Assembly: GCA_964016885.1 (NCBI GenBank)
Contig: OZ024742.1
Span: 103,912,001 to 103,976,000 of the forward strand
Reading direction: 5' to 3'
Origin: Eledone cirrhosa
Taxonomy: Eukaryota
Length of the DNA stretch: 64,000 nt
The notes below the pieces were generated by a model, which was not told the origin of the DNA, made no database searches, and saw only the letters and a list, made by a program, of their open reading frames with translations. The position numbers and the translations under genes were made by a program. Below are positions 1-15,935 of this stretch, one piece after another. How positions within the stretch are numbered: position 1 is the first letter of the stretch; each line of letters begins with the position of its first letter.

Positions 1-35
1 ATATGGTGTAGAGCATGAAATGGAAATATATACAT

Positions 36-83
<48 letters not shown>

Positions 84-3000
84 TCACACATATATGATGA
101 GAGGATAGGCAGGGCATTCAGCCATAGAAAACTTGCTTAAAGGATTTGGAAGATTACTCAGCTGTGTCGAAGACATGACAACCTCACTAGTGCTGGTGCC
201 ACTAAGTAATGCACATAGTGCACACTGTTAAGTGTGGGAGCATATGTAAGTGAGAAGTGATCTACCTAGCAGAGAAAATATATCTCCATCATTAAATGAT
301 GAAGATATATCCAACCCATGGAAAAATGGATCAAAATTCTTTGCATATGTCATATCTAAGGATAGAACAAAATATAGTGGATACTTGGAACATGCATGCA
401 TCTATCATTGCATCTATCCATCCATTTGGATGGATGGATAGATAGACATCAATAGATATAGCAAATTAAGATGTCGTTTATAGAGTAACAAAGTCCTTGC
501 TAACTGATATAAAATGACAAGATAAATAAGAATAGTAGAAGCTGAACCAAAGTTTGTTTTATTTTTGTTTGTTTTATTTTTGTTTGTTTATTTAATATTG
601 AAATAATCATCCAATAGCAAAAGGTAGAGGATTCAATAAATGAACTATGTGAAGATTCAGGGACAGGGTAGGTATTATCAAATACGATCCACACATTCCA
701 GCTACAATATATTTAAAAACAAATGTTATGATAAAGATGTGCATAAGTGAAAATCTAATCAAAAGGTAATAATTATTGGCAGCTGCTTGAGAGATCATAA
801 TTATTATTGTTGTTGTTGCTGCTGCTTTTTGTTTGCTTATATTTTTTAGTGTTGCATTCTTCCCGAATCTAAATACTCACTGGGCTAAGTAATTACTACA
901 GGGATCTATGAATATGATTGTCAATGCTAGTTCTCTTAAGTTGTCTCTGGGGTTGAATACTGTATCTCATTACTGTGAAAACCCTTGATATTTAATGGCT
1001 TCTAGGTTTTCAAAATAGAAAATACATAAAAGGTTGCATTTGATTGTAATTACTTAATGATTAATGCTGGAGTGTTAAGGGTAAAGTTAAGGTGAACTGA
1101 GTTAGCAACCTAGTTTCAGTTCTTATTTGAAACCATAAACACCATGAAACCATAAACACCATTATTACAAAATATTTCTCTTTCATTTGTGGTTATGCAA
1201 GAAATGATTATTACCAATGATGTTGCTGTTATGACATGTTAATTGCTACTGAAACAGACCCATAGCATAGAAGTAGCTAATAAAACCATTGTCTTACATC
1301 CTAGATATGTGAAGCTTGTCTGAGCTGGTACTATGCTGAACAATGCTATATAACAGTTGGTTATTTATGGTACAGCAAGGCTATCAGAACACACTACATT
1401 CATGCTGTCCTATCCTGTTTATGTATATTCAGAGGTTCTAAATGCTGCCTAAGGCAGTTTATAAATATGGCTCAAAAATAATCCCAAATTTGGAGAACTT
1501 TAATAGAATAATTATTTCATTATTAATCCTGCCGAGGTTAACTTTGCCTTTCATCCTTACGGTGTCAATAAAATAAAGTACCAGTAATGTACTGGGTAAT
1601 TGCTGGCCTTGTGCCAAAAGTAGAAACAATTATTAAACTGATGTTTAAAACATCACCTAACAAAAATGTTCTGAAATAAAATCATGATGGAAGGTTTTAA
1701 CATAAATACAACCTTTAAAATGGGCTGAGTTGTATTGTAAAACCAAGGCTGGTTTCAGGCGTGTTGATATCAAAAGGATTAAATATATCTAAGCTGTGGT
1801 ACAATTTGAACATATTAGCAAGTAATTAGTAGCCTAGCATCTTAACCACAAAGCCATTATGTCTCAAATAATGAGGAACAATAAACTTGTGTGATATGAG
1901 ATATTATACCAATATTTCAAATTAATCCTCCTCTTTAATCTGTAACTCCTGGTGGAGTCATAAGAGTGCATAGTGACACTTTAAACCGAGTTGAGACCAT
2001 CCCTCTGCATGTCTAAACATAGCAAATTTCTTTCAGGGAAAGAGAGAGATATAGAGGAAGAAACAACCCCAGTACTGAACTGTTATTTTTTTTTTTTTTT
2101 ATCAACCTCAAAAGGATGAAAGGCAAAGTTTGAACTCAGAATGCAGACAACCATAACAAATACTGCAAAGCATTCTATCTGACATTCTAACTGCCAATCC
2201 ATGACCGATCTTAAAGATATAATGGAAATATATATAGACAGACAATTCATTTCAAATGTAAGAAAAATTTTACCTATATGCATGTTATAAAATATACAAT
2301 GAAATAAGTGTTTCTAACTTAGGCACAAGGCCAGCAATTGTGGGGAGGGTAGTGTTTATAAACAAACATTTCTACATTTCGTGGCCTCTGTGGGTACTAC
2401 CTGTAGCTGTGGTAATGAAAATACCAAGTGGAACTCCACCGAACCAGGCTGTATCACATTTGAAACTAGTTTTATGCAGCAATTGCAATTAACTCACATT
2501 AGAGAATTAAAAACAATGAGAACAACGAAATCATAACAAGAAGTTGAAAAACAGCCATGAAATAATAGTTGGCAAATAACTGGATTCACAAAGCAGTTAA
2601 TCTTATTTAATCTCATCAATTATTCCACTATTTGCAATGATGCAGTGAAGAGAGAATGGTAATTAGTAGCACACCTCTCCTTGTAGAACTCAGAAATTAC
2701 AGAAAATAGAAATTAAACAGTTCATTCTCTCGGTCCTATTACCATTTGTCAGCTGGTAAAAAAAAGCATTGGTGCCTGTCCCATTAGATTACACAGCTCA
2801 AAACCAGTGTCATAGACAAAACAGGTGACCTTTGTGGCTAGAAGAAAAAAAGCAGATTTGTGTTGCAAGCAAATTATATGCACTTTATCAGTTCAAAACA
2901 ATGAATCTTTCTTAGAATATCATTGATATTTATTGTACCTTTCTCAAAAAAAAAATTAAAATACAAAAGTCAAGCCCAGCATAACTTCCTCACATTTCTG

Positions 3001-3772
3001 AGTTCAAGGTAATTAACTACCATAAAATATAATCTAGCTTTCATCTGTTTGTACTGATATTTTGAGATCAATTCAACCCATGCCAGTATGAAAAAATGGA
3101 CATATGTTTATGATGAGCAATAACATTCATTCTTTGGTGAAACATTCCTAATAACACCAATATAATTTGGGTGTCTTCAAAATATGTCAAAAATATTCAG
3201 AGATTTTTGAGAAGGTACATTAGGGTGTTGGACAAACAATCATATGGTCCTGGGTTGGATTCCTGGAGCAGGTCACATGCTGTGTTCTTGAGCAAAATAC
3301 TTTATTTCATGTAGCTCCTTCTGCTAGGAGTTGCATCCGATAGATAATAACAGTAATGGAAAGACAAAAGGAAATATTGTTTCCTTAGTTCAATCGACAA
3401 CTTTTTTCTGTGCATAGTTTATAAATAAGATCAAAATAAATGTTATAATAGTAAAATAAAATTAGAATTTTCAAGAGGAACTAAGTTACTAGGCCACACA
3501 CATTCCTTCCACAAGAATAACCCTCACACAACAACTTTTACTGAAATTCTTCCACACATCAAAAGAATCATCAAAATACTTGGGAAGATTAACCCTCTTG
3601 ATATCAACACACCTAAAACTGGCTCTGGTTCTATGAAATGAAACCACCCATTTTTAAGGGATCCTATTTAAATTAGAATCTTTCAACATTTTTTTTTTTA
3701 CTGCAGAAAGATAAAGCACAAGTATCTTGTCTGATGGTCTACTAATTCTGCAGCCTGCCATATACTCATGCT

Positions 3773-3999
3773 TAACCTTTTTGATATCATCCTGGCAAAA
3801 ACTGGCTCTATGTTACAAGACCACCCATTTTGAAGGATTCCTATTTAAATTAAAATCTTCCATCATGATTTTATTTAAGAACCATATGTTAAGTTACTAT
3901 CTTATTAATAAAATAACAATTTGACTAACTCCTTCAAAATTCTTCATTTATTAATTGAAAGAGTGTATTTCATTAGAAATATGGTCACAAAAGGGTTAA
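3773..3999. mobile_element. Representative of an abundant ~230-bp TTAA-flanked MITE family (others ~7362-7593, 10286-10537, 10740-10981, 12680-12904, 13230-13647, 19057-19170, 51248-51405)
   Basis: Recurrent ttaaccct(t)tgatatca... and ...atatggtaa.aaaagggttaa ends with shared internal motifs (ggttctatga, aaaccttcca, ttcttcatt). Confidence 0.65.
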
Positions 4000-6900
4000 A
4001 TATAAATATAGTAGTGTATGTTGGATAAAACTTTAAAAGTAACAGGGAAAGATGTTCTCAATCATGCCAGTCGATATATTATGGAAGCATGCCACATCAG
4101 ATACATTAGAATATAGTGATATTGTATATTAAACAGTAGCTGCTTTCTCTATATTCACCAACAGACATTTTCACCAACAAAAAGAAAACAGGGCGAGTTT
4201 CTCCTATGAAAAGCTCTACATTCCATGGATGGATTCACCATGTGAAGAACTAGAGATAAAGGCAAAATGTTGATATCTTGTATAGAGCAGCTACTACTTC
4301 TTTGCCCACTTATTCCAGAGAGGGTCGTGGGGAAAGAGCCCTCAAGCATGCCTTCTAGCGTGTCCTGTCAGAAGCAACCATCTCCAAATTATCCGGCTGA
4401 ATCCCTGAGCGAGACCAGCTGAGCTCATGGGTGTTATCCAACGATCTTGCTCAGGGTCTACCCCTGGGTCTCCTGCTGGTTTGTTTGGCCCATAAAATCT
4501 GTCCAGCGATAATCACTAGTACATCTTTTTTTTTTTTTTTAAATGTTGATAGCGAATCATTAGGCCTTGTGATATCAACTCATCTAAAACCACCTTTGGT
4601 TCTATAAAACAACACCCCACCCTCACAATATTACAGGGTTCCTATTTTAGTTAAAACCTTCCAAACATATTTTACCTTTTGTTAAGTTATGTTACAAATA
4701 TCTTAATAAAATAATCCAAACACTTCATTAATTCAAATACTGTATATTTCATTAGATATATGGTAAGAAAAGGGTTGGCAACCTCTCAGTCTGCTGAACT
4801 TCAAATTCATAAACTTTTTTTTCAAACCACTTCATATTTTTTATTACAATTTCTTTTACAATTATCTATTTGGCAGATAAAATCAGTCAGTACATACATG
4901 ATACACCTATATACAGACAGAGAGATTTATGTATATGTGAGTGCATGCGTGTCACGTCTGCACAACTTCACATATGACGCTGCTTAAGCCAAGTGGTAAC
5001 ATTTGTTTATGACTTGCATAAGTAATAAGTCCCACAACTCAGCAATATAGAGCATACTTTAAAATAAGTGTGGGTTGGCATCAAGAAGGGCATCTGGTCA
5101 CAGAATACTACTGCATGCTCAATCCATGTCATCAAAGAAATGCCAACCTAAAAAAGTTGATGATGATCATGATGATGATGTTGGCAAATAACATTGATGC
5201 AGCAGTTATTAATGCTGTATTTGTTGTTGGTGTTGTGATAGGTCGTTGATATGAGCAAACTGGATGGAGCAGTCCTATGATTAAAGACATTCCATCCATG
5301 ACAATTCAGCTTGTAATTTTTTTTTTTTTTTATGAAAGCAAAGTGCATCTAAAACTACACTATCAAATGTACCTTTCCATTTTTAAAACATTCATATCAT
5401 GATAAAATGCGGCTCTCCAGCCCACCTGGAGGTCAGTTGCTCTTCTTGAGTACTAACTGATCTGTGACAATATATCCAACCCCTCACTAGCAGGGAAAAT
5501 GGAAGTTAAATGATGGTGGTGGTGGTGATGATGAGTTGTGTGTGATTCAAGACAGAGTTGATAGTTATTCATAGCTGATTAAGTGACCATATAGATATTC
5601 CCTTGTTGGCTTGCTGATGATATGGTGGTTTAGATGACAATAATGAATCTGCTAGCAACTGATGGTGATAATGATGCAACCAAAACAGTTCTGTTTATCA
5701 GTCACAATAGTTGGCCTTGAACCAAAACATGATTAGTACGCAATACAAAAGAATGTTACCACCTCTTACAATATCATAATAATATGTTTCTAATAATAAT
5801 AATGCTTTTGTCATATTCAGATAGTTGTCATTAGAAATATATGTAACAGTTCCTTAAGTACACAGGTAACCATAATCATCAACACTATCCCCAATACACT
5901 TCTACCTATTGGAACATTGCTAGAGTTTACCACAACTGGAATTTTCTTCTTTGCCTAGTTATATCAAAAGTAACCATCTACAAATGATCTGGCTGGATTC
6001 CCAAGTGAGACCAACTGAGATTATGGATGTTATTCAACCATCTTCTTTGTGATCAACCATTAGTTCTACCAGTTGGCTCTGCTCATAAAATCTCTCCTGC
6101 AATTCTTTCCTTAGACATTCTAACTACATGTCCATGATACCAGAGTTGTGATCTCTCAATGTGGAAAAGTAGTGGCTCTTCCTGATCTCTGATCCATCAA
6201 GTAACACCATTTCAGCCACTTGTATTCGTAATTGTATTCTTTATGAATACTGAATTGAAGATAGTGAGTTGGGCTTTAATATCTCCCTCCCTCCCTATAT
6301 TCATCCTCTTAATTGTCAAAATGGCTGTAATGTATTAAAAGACATCCAGAACTCTGAAATGCTTGTTGCTGTTATTTATCCCCAGGTCAGCTCTGGTTGC
6401 AGCCTTATGTCCAAAGGTATCTGCTCTGTGATCATCCCATCTTTTTTGCTAATAGTGTATCTTGAACTACATTATTCAATGCATCTTTTGTGTTTTCAAG
6501 ACAAGATGATTTGAAGGAGATTTGAGTGATGTGTCTAGAAAGCCAAGCAATAGCAAAGATTCCCTTGATGCCTCAACTTGGGGAGCTTTTTATGGTTGGT
6601 GCTTAGATAAAATTTCTTAGGATAAAAATCTATGGGAGGTTATATTACCAGATAATCAGGTTCCTATCCCTAACAGCAAAGTGAACTGAGAATAATGTAA
6701 ATAAAGTCCATGCTAAAATGGGTCATAAAGACACTTCAGTTGAGTCAAGGGTATAGCAACCTCGCTAATGTTAGTGATCTATAAATAAACACCCAATACA
6801 CCCTGTAAAGTAAGAAGGACATCCAGCTATAGAAAAAATGCCCCCCTAAAAGGTCAAGCGGACTCTTCAGCTTTATCAAAGATCTGACAACCTCATTAGT

Positions 6901-9900
6901 GCTGGTGTCATAATAAAATGCACCCCGTGCATTCTGTATAATGCAGGAAAGTAAGTAATAAGTAAACCCTCAGACTGACTGGAGGCCAGTAGCTCAGAGT
7001 AAGTACTGACTTGGTTTGTGACAACCTATCCAACACATGCTAGCAGGAAAAATAGACATTAAATGATGGTAATGATGATGAAAGAGTTATATCAAGAAAC
7101 CTAAAATACCTGCAATACATTTGAAACTGCAACCAATTAGCCCAATATGTATCCACACTGCCACCTTGCATCTACATGAAGTACTTAACACCCTATCACA
7201 TTTACTGCATGGAAACCATATCACATTTACTCTTTCTAATTCAATAACTGAGGTTCTGTATTTGATTTAAATATCTGTATTGTTCCACTCAATTTCTTAA
7301 TAAACTTAAACCTAAACAGTACCAGTTTCCAGTTGGAAACACCATTTATTTGGATAGTATCCTTAACCCTTTCAATAACAACCCACCCAGAACTACCTGT
7401 TTCTATGAAACAAAACCACACATTTTAAAGGTTCTTATTTAAATTAAAGCCTTCCAACATCATTTTATCTAAGAACATTTTGTTATGTTATATGCTATCT
7501 AAATAAAACAATTTTAGTAAATCCCTCCACATTCTTCATTAATTAATTAAAATACCAAGTATTTATTTAGAGATACAGTAATGAAAGGGTTAAGAGAGCA
7601 TGAACATCAAACTCGTTTATTGTGTCTTCCATATATACCTGCCTCAGTAAAAGAAAATCATTACTTAAAAATAAGTTTATCAATTGTTTTAAAGGTGAAT
7701 ATAATCTATTGAATGTGTAACGATAACTTACAAGATAGTTGGAAACAAATGAACTGAAAGAACAGTTTCACTTTAACCCATTTGATACAGCCCATGCTAA
7801 CATAGAAGAGGGCATTAAAACACCTATGAGGAAATTTGTTTTCTCTAGGTACCTGTTCCTAATTTTATGTCTACTTTTCTTATACAATTCCTGTGTCTTG
7901 TATAGACCTGTAAACGCCTGATTGAGTCATAGGCACACTATAGCAACATACAGTGTGTCTTTGGTACTTTAAAACAAAGCCCATTCCTTTTGCAAGTCTG
8001 AACACACTTCTTTCTCTTTGGATGAAATTGGCTGAGAAAGTGATGTAGTAGAAGAATCAACCCCAATACTAGGCTGTCTTTCATTCTTTTGAAGTTGATA
8101 AAAAGTACCAAAGTTGGCCTCAAGGGATTTGAACTCGGAGCATAGAGAGAACCAGAATGAATACCACAAAGCATTCCATCTGATGTTCTAATAACTGCCA
8201 ATTCACCACCTTTACCTGGCTCTACTTTCATATATATTTTCACCCAGATGCTTATTTCAGGTTTTCATGCATATTTTTCTATTCAGCTACCTGTTTATAC
8301 ATTAACAACTTTTTTCCTATCCAAATTTCTAATGTTTATTGTTTTGTTTTGTTTTTTCTACCTAACTATGTTTCCCATGGCAGAATTGAAAAATAGATGT
8401 AAAACTGTTGATGCTGTACACTGAAAGCTTCTATCAGGTATCACAGTAGAGCTCCAAAAAGGGGCAACATGCAGTTTGACCATGAAAAATCTACTTTTTG
8501 CTTCATTTTCATGTCAAAATACATTTTTTCCATGGACAATTATATATCATTTCAAAGTTTTGAATGTGAACTTTCTTATACACTTTTCATCAAAATCCAA
8601 CATTTACATATGCCAGATCCCTTCAATCACCCTCGTATTTCCAACATTTGTCCCATTTTCGTTTTTAACTGCTGAATAGTAACAATAGTTATAGTGCAAT
8701 AAGCTGAGGCACTATAACTCAATTTGTGTTGAAATAAGTCATGAAGAGGACTTTGGTGGTTATTTTGATATAAAAATCAATGGGGGTTGGCCAGACAATT
8801 GTTATGAAATATAAAAGTGAAAATATTGTTAATTTTCACTTAGAAAAAAAACATTTTCTTTAAGATTTTATACCATAAGAACGCAAAAATTCTCACAAAT
8901 TCAATATGCCCATAGCCGATTCTGACCGTGAGATGGCTCAAAAGTGTTAAATCAATAAAAAGAGGAATACCATGGATGTTCGTAATGCATATTGACACTA
9001 CTTGTTGAAATGACGTATTCCAGAGCTGTGAGAACTGAAATGGAACACGAATCCAAGGCTTTAAATATCAGGTTTGAGCCAGAATTTCAAATAATAGACA
9101 AATTAATTAAGTAAAAATACATTTCTACAAAAAAATGCACTAAACTAAATTAAGCTGTATAAGTCTTCTAGATCCCAAAATTAGCAAGGAATCATTGTAT
9201 TGAGAATGTTTTTTATTTAACATGTAGAGAGCGAGATCAGAATTTTTTTTTGTTTTTCTTTGAGAAAAATTGGTGAAATTTCACATTATATGTACAATGA
9301 ATATTATTTTATAGACAATTAAAGTCTGATGTGATGGGGAGGGGGGAGGGGGGGTCCGATTTTGAATACAGTAGGATAATTTGTGATAGTGCTGATTTGT
9401 TTTTTCTCTCTTACAAAAGAGTTTGCTTACAGGAATTTGTTTTCACATTTTGTTTGTTTTTAATCTAGGTCTTCTTTTAAATTCACTATTTATTGTTTTG
9501 TTTTTTATAATGTATATAGATATAGTGTACTTAGCAAAATGAATTGTTGCCTCATGTAAATCTATTATTTTCTATTCTTTTAATTTTATGGAAGGTTGGA
9601 TAATTCAGAAATTGAATATATGTATGGACTCGCAACTTCTGATGGAGTTGTGGGGTCGTTGTCAGATCCATCTTCTCTCTATGTCTGAACATAACTGTTT
9701 TCTTTCAAAGGCAAAGAGAGAGTTGAGAAAAAGAGGACATGATTAAGAGATATAACAGAAGAATTGACTCCAGTACTGGACTGGTACTTTTTTCATCAAC
9801 CTCAAAAGAATAAAAGGCAAAATTAACCATGACAGGATTTTTGAACTCAGAGTATGACTACCATAAATCGTTCTGTCTGACGTTCTAACAACTCTGCTGT

Positions 9901-11310
9901 TTTGCTGTCTTAAGTCATATATTACAGGAATCTTTTCTTTTTGTACCCAGATCTAGCTGCAGTCTATTTAGTCAGTAGTTTATTTCATTCTTTTTAATCC
10001 ATTTTTATTCTATCAAAAACATGTCAGCAACCTAGGATAGCTCTATGGATCACATAAACTCAGTGCTGGTCCCCAGACTTTGTAGCATTAAACAAAATAT
10101 TTTATGATAATCTCAAGAAAATATATGCTACCTACAGCCAGGTAAACCAATTACATTAAATTAAATGTCTCACCAATATACAAAGAAACATCGCTAGCAT
10201 ACAATATATCCACTAGTGTAATACTCAAGGTGACAAAAAAATCTTTAAAAGGCAGACATAGCTTCTACTTTATAATGAAGCTTAAACTTTAAAGCATTTG
10301 TGACCATATTTCCAATGAAATACACTGCCTATGATTTTCAAATAATTTTGAAAATAATCAAGAATATAGAAGGATGAAGTAATATAACTAACTTCTATAT
10401 TATTAAGCTAGTGTTGGGAGACATAAATTTAGAGGTTATATAAAATTATGGTGGAAGGTTTTTAGATAAATACAACAAACAGTTTTATATTGTAGAACCA
10501 GCAGTGGTTTTAGACAGTTTGGTGTCAAAGGGGTTAAGACAGCTACTGAAGTAACCTCTATGCCATCACTCACGCTGCTTCTTCAAATCACAATCTACCA
10601 TCTTAAAAAATAAAGGACACAGACTCTGTGACAATTAAAAGATAGAATGGTTACAGCTGGAATGCCTTTCAACATAGGTTTTCTCAATCAGGGCTAACTT
10701 GGGGTTAAACCATGACAATAACTTAAACTTTAACCATCTTTAACACTTTCACTACCATAATGAAATGCACTGACTACGATTTAAAAAGAAAATGAAAATA
10801 ATTGACAACTTGGAAGAATTTAGTAACATAACTTTCTCATTATTAAGCTAGTGTCTGGAACATAAAAGTTCTTACATAAAATTATGTTGGAAGGTTAGAT
10901 AAATATAAAAACTATAAAATAAAGAGTTTTGTATTATAAAGCCAAGAACAGTTTTTGGCAGTTTGGTATCAAAAGGTTTAAATTTTTATCAGGACATAAT
11001 TATAAAATGCCTACTCCAATAATAATGCAAAAGTTTTAACTTTCAACCCCTGCCCTTTGTTCAAACAGAACCAAACAAATATAAAGTATTTCTGTAAAAT
11101 TATTTTAAAACTTATTTACTAATCAGTAGACTTTTTCACATATACTCACATTCCAAAAGTTTTTAGTTCAAATAAGCAGGTGTGAAGCTATCTAAATAAC
11201 AAAACAGCAAAATAATTGTACACAGCTTCCTAAGAGTTACCTTAATTGAAGTTCTAGTAATATAATTTGTCAGTCAATATACTGATACACCATGTTCCCC
11301 CCAGATAAAA

Positions 11311-11348
<38 letters not shown>

Positions 11349-14300
11349 TCATCCTCACCATTTTATATTTATTTTCCATGCCTTCATGGATTAGAAGGGT
11401 TATCATTTCAGATGCCATACATGTCCAGTGACAGCATCTTGCTCCTATGTTCCATTCTGGCATGGTTTTTATGGCTTGATACCCATCCTAACAACCACTT
11501 CATGGCATATACGAGGTGTATTTTATCATGGCACCGCCACTATCCCCTGGCAAGGTGGACTAAGTGTTTTTCATCATGGCACCAGTACTACCACTTTTAC
11601 AGTGAAGGAGTGTAGTAGGAAGGGTATCCAGCCATTAAAAAATCTTCCGAACAAAGGGTCAGGAGGACTATTCATGCCAAAAACATGAAAATTTCCTTAG
11701 TGTTGGTCTCTCAATAAAATGCACTTGGTAGAATACGAGTTCATATGTTGGGACCCAGGCTCACCTGGAGGACAGTGGCTTCACTTGACTATTGACTGAT
11801 ATGTAAGAACACATTCAACCTTTGTTAGCATGGAAAACAAACATTAAATGATGATAAAGGTATATACATAATTCCTAATATAACAGCTCCCACCAAGTAC
11901 ATAGCTATATTTGTGTAGGGTAAAGTTTACTTGTTTTCTCATACATCATCATCATCACTGATGTAAACTATCAAATGCAAATAAAAACAGTTTTAACATT
12001 TTATCTCTAAGTTTGTATTCTGCTGGTATCAGGTGCAAACAGATTTTAAGAACCAATTGGAAGATCACCACTTAACCATACAAAATTAAAATCCCACAAA
12101 ATATTCCATACATAAAGTAGTAACATGACTAAACTTTCTCTAAAGCTCAAAGAAAAGAAAAGTCATTTTCATTGACTTCAACAACAACTGTAGCTGTACA
12201 TTATAATTCTTTGCTGAACTACTACAGCTGTCACTTACAATCGAGTGTGGCTTGGTAGTGTGTACCATAATTTTGCTAAGAATTTTAGATGCCCATGCAG
12301 TCATAAGCAGAAGCAGACACTCTCTTGACCCACCCTCCTTTGATCCAACAGAAAATTCAGGATATGATAGCCAAAAGGAAAGAACTCCAATTTCAATACA
12401 TTGTCTCATAAACCAATGAGAGAGCCTATGTATAGTGAGTGGCCTGCTAAAAATTTCCCTCAAATTACATCCCACCATCATGAAAAAGGCAGGACAAATT
12501 ATGTAATAGAGATATAGGTACACAGTGCCCAAGAGGACAGGATGATCATGGCTGGAGTAGCTTTTATCATAGTTTTGATTAACTAAGGCTGACAACTATT
12601 GTCTCAGTCACCTTTAAAGAGAATTGATGGTAGTGGTGGTGGTGATGATGATGATGATGATGCCGATGATTAAAGCCATATTTCTTATGAAAGACACTGA
12701 TTTTCAAGACACTTTGAAAGTATTGAAGAATTTAGATGGATTTGATAATACAACTAATTTTCTCATTATGTAGTTGATGTTTGGAAAACAACAATGGTTC
12801 TTACAAAAAATAATGATGGAATGTTTTTCAATAAATATAGATACCTTCAAAATAAACTGATTAGTATTACAGAACTAGGAGTGGTTTCATATCAAAAGGG
12901 TTAAATAAGTACAGTGGTTTTCTATTTTGTCATCTTTCAACCAAGAAATATAATATAATTTGTTTAGTGAAATATGAATTGAGAATACAAGAGACATGAT
13001 TCCTAATACTTTCTCCACAAAACCAGTAAATCAATTCAAAATAAATAGGAACTGCTCCAAAATCACAATAATTACACATGGCAAATAAATTGCAACTGCA
13101 TTAATAGAATATATTTATAGATTACTGCAGACTAATTAAAAAAAACTTATGAATAGACATCTACATTACAGACATGTGTGAACACGGAGAAAAATGTGAA
13201 AAATGACTCATATATGTGAGTGGGCAGCCCTTTCATTACCAAACTGCCTCAAACCACAGCTGGTTCTATGATAGAAAGCTGCTTGTTCTAAAGTGTTTAT
13301 ATTTATCTAAAAACCTTCCATCATAATTTTATGCAAGAACCTTTCTTATGTTCCAAACACCGGCTTAATGAGAAACATTTATATTAGTAAATACTTCAAA
13401 ATTCTGGATTATTTGAAAATCACAGGCAGTATGCTTTATTAAAAATATGGTACAGTCTTATCCTTTAAGAGGGTGGAGTTGCTTATCTAAACCCTATAAA
13501 GTGGGAACAAACATATGTACTAAATACCAACTTAATAATATGGTTAATTATTTTACTTAAATTCCTTCAAATTGTTGATTAGTTTCAACATTAACTGAAA
13601 ATCATAGGCATTTTTTTCATTAGAAATATGGAAATGAAAGGGTTAAAGCATTTCATACATTAAATTTATTATTGGTTAATGATCTAAGATCGATAGCTGT
13701 GCATATCTGGTCTAGAATAGGTACTCCATATACAACCATGCTGTAAAAGGTGATTAAAAGGGTTAGCCCTAGGAACAGCATCCAGCCATCAAACATTGCC
13801 TTAAAAAGGATTCCATAATGAGTATGAAACATATCATGAGGCTAACTCCTGATTTAGCAGGGAAAATGGCCTTAAAACATTTGTTAGTGATCTAAGATTG
13901 AATAGCACAAACAGATTTCTATTTTAAACAAAGCAAAAATTGCAAACGAAGAATTCTTGTGAAAGAATAAGAAGTCAGTGGCACACAAAACCAAAATGTA
14001 GGATATGATGTTTTGTTTTTTTTATAAAGAGGAATGGTGACTGATATATGTTTCCATAAGTTAAGATAGAAGCCCATAGTGAAAGGATGAAGAGATTGAA
14101 GATAATAGGGACCAGCTGAGCAAAGCTATTTAAGAGTGATAGAAGGAAAATTTATATTGAAGTGATCAGATAAAGAGAAAGTGATGGTTTTATCAGTACT
14201 ACTTATAGAATCGTCTCCATTGAGAAAACATCTGTATCTTCTGAGGATTCTGTAAAGTTTGAAGAAATCATCTTGGTAAAGGACCAAAAGCCTAACTGCA

Positions 14301-15489
14301 ATCTGAACATGCAATACAGAAAGATATATTTTGCTTTCTGAATGATCCAACACTTGCTAGAATGAAAAGCAAGCAGTAAATGATGATGATGGTGGTGTTG
14401 GTCTTCATCTTGCATGCATTGATGTGATGTTGTGGGGTGTGTTCTTAGCCTACTAAGCAGCAACAGTGCTGCATGTGAACTAATTGGAAACTTTGGGTTG
14501 TATGCTTTGATTGTGTAAAGAATGTGAAGAGAGATAACTTGGAAGATGGTATCAGTCACTTGTTTAACTGTCTCTGTCCAACATGCTATCTGTCTTATGT
14601 CTAAGATAGCTAACAGTATCCATGTATCAAATCCTAAAGAGATTATTTAAACAATCCATGTTTCATCATATTTAGAAATTCCTTATTTAGCAGTCTCATC
14701 ATCATCGTTTTTATGTTCATTTTTCCATGCTGGTATATGGTTGGACAGGATGTTTTGAGGAAAGTATTTTACAGTCAGATACCCTTCCTGATGCCAACCC
14801 TTTAAATTGCCTCTTACAACACATGAATATACAGTATACCTATTCTAAAACCCAAGATTCACGTGGCAGTCTGTAATATAAAAATCTGTTAAGCTGTAAA
14901 GATTAGCTGTAAATCTTAGAAATAACACTGAATTTAACAATTTAGCATTTAAACTGACCATAATTCTCTCACTTCTTTCTGTTCAAACTGGCCGTAATTG
15001 ATTGCTTATACTGATGTTAAGGTATTGTTCTCAAAATAAATAATGTCAAAATCTCATAGATTTGATGCTATGCGAAATAATTATGAAACACGTGTTTACT
15101 GTGAAAATACAATAGTAAATATAGAGTAATGTAAATGCTAAAGGGTTAAATTATAACAAGTCTATGAAGCCAGTACATGACAATTTTTCATTTTTGTTAA
15201 ACCACAAATTCCACATTTCTTAAGGCTGTTATAATTACTGTGAGATTGGTATCTAACTTAGTGATTAATAATTAATCTATTTTTAAACAGTATAGCTACA
15301 CATTAACATTTGAGATGTTAAGCTGAGGAATAAACTGTTTTCCTGGATAGACTGCCTATTCTATTATAGGTAACATTTCTCAGGAGTCCAGGTACATAAC
15401 TAAGACATGTACAAGTAAATAGTTGAAAGATAGATTAGTCCAGGTTGAGTGGTATAAACTGTATCTAACAATGATGATGATGATGATAA

Positions 15490-15935
15490 TGATTTCTGAT
15501 TTAGGCACAAGACCAGCAAACTTCAACCTTAGAATGATGAAAGGCAAAGTTGACTTCAGTAGGATTTGAACTTAGGGTGTAAAGAGCCAGAATAAATACT
15601 GCTAAGCATTTATCTGACACTAACCACCATGCCAATCCACCGTCCTAATAGCAACAACAATAATAATAATTGTTTCTACTTTAGGCACAAGGCCAGCAAT
15701 TACCCAGTGCATTACTGGTACTTTATTTTATTGACCCCGTAAGGATGAAAGGCAAAGTCAACCTCGGCGGGATTTGAACTCAGATCGTAAAGGGACGTAA
15801 CTATGCTGGAAAGCATGGCATAATAATAATAATTGTTTCTACTTTTGGCACAAGGCCAGCAATTATCCCAGTGTATTACTGGTACTTTATTTTATCGACC
15901 CCGTAAGGATGAAAGGCAAAGTTAACCTCAGCAGG
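15490..15935 (-). mobile_element. Three tandem copies of a tRNA-derived SINE with Deu/Nin-like domain (others ~1525-1635, 2030-2200, 8060-8215, 9690-9910, 18035-18195, 26185-26400, 28315-28420, 29835-29990, 41480-41720)
   Basis: Recurrent gagttcaaatcc B box + actttgcctttcatcctt..ggggtcgataaaataaagtaccag + gctggccttgtgcc.aaa with (ATT)n tails. Confidence 0.8.

Noticed and set aside
14126-14559. Overlapping minus-strand ORFs with a poly-His run
   Set aside because: No recognisable domain or coherent splice sites; the His run is a (CAT)n microsatellite.
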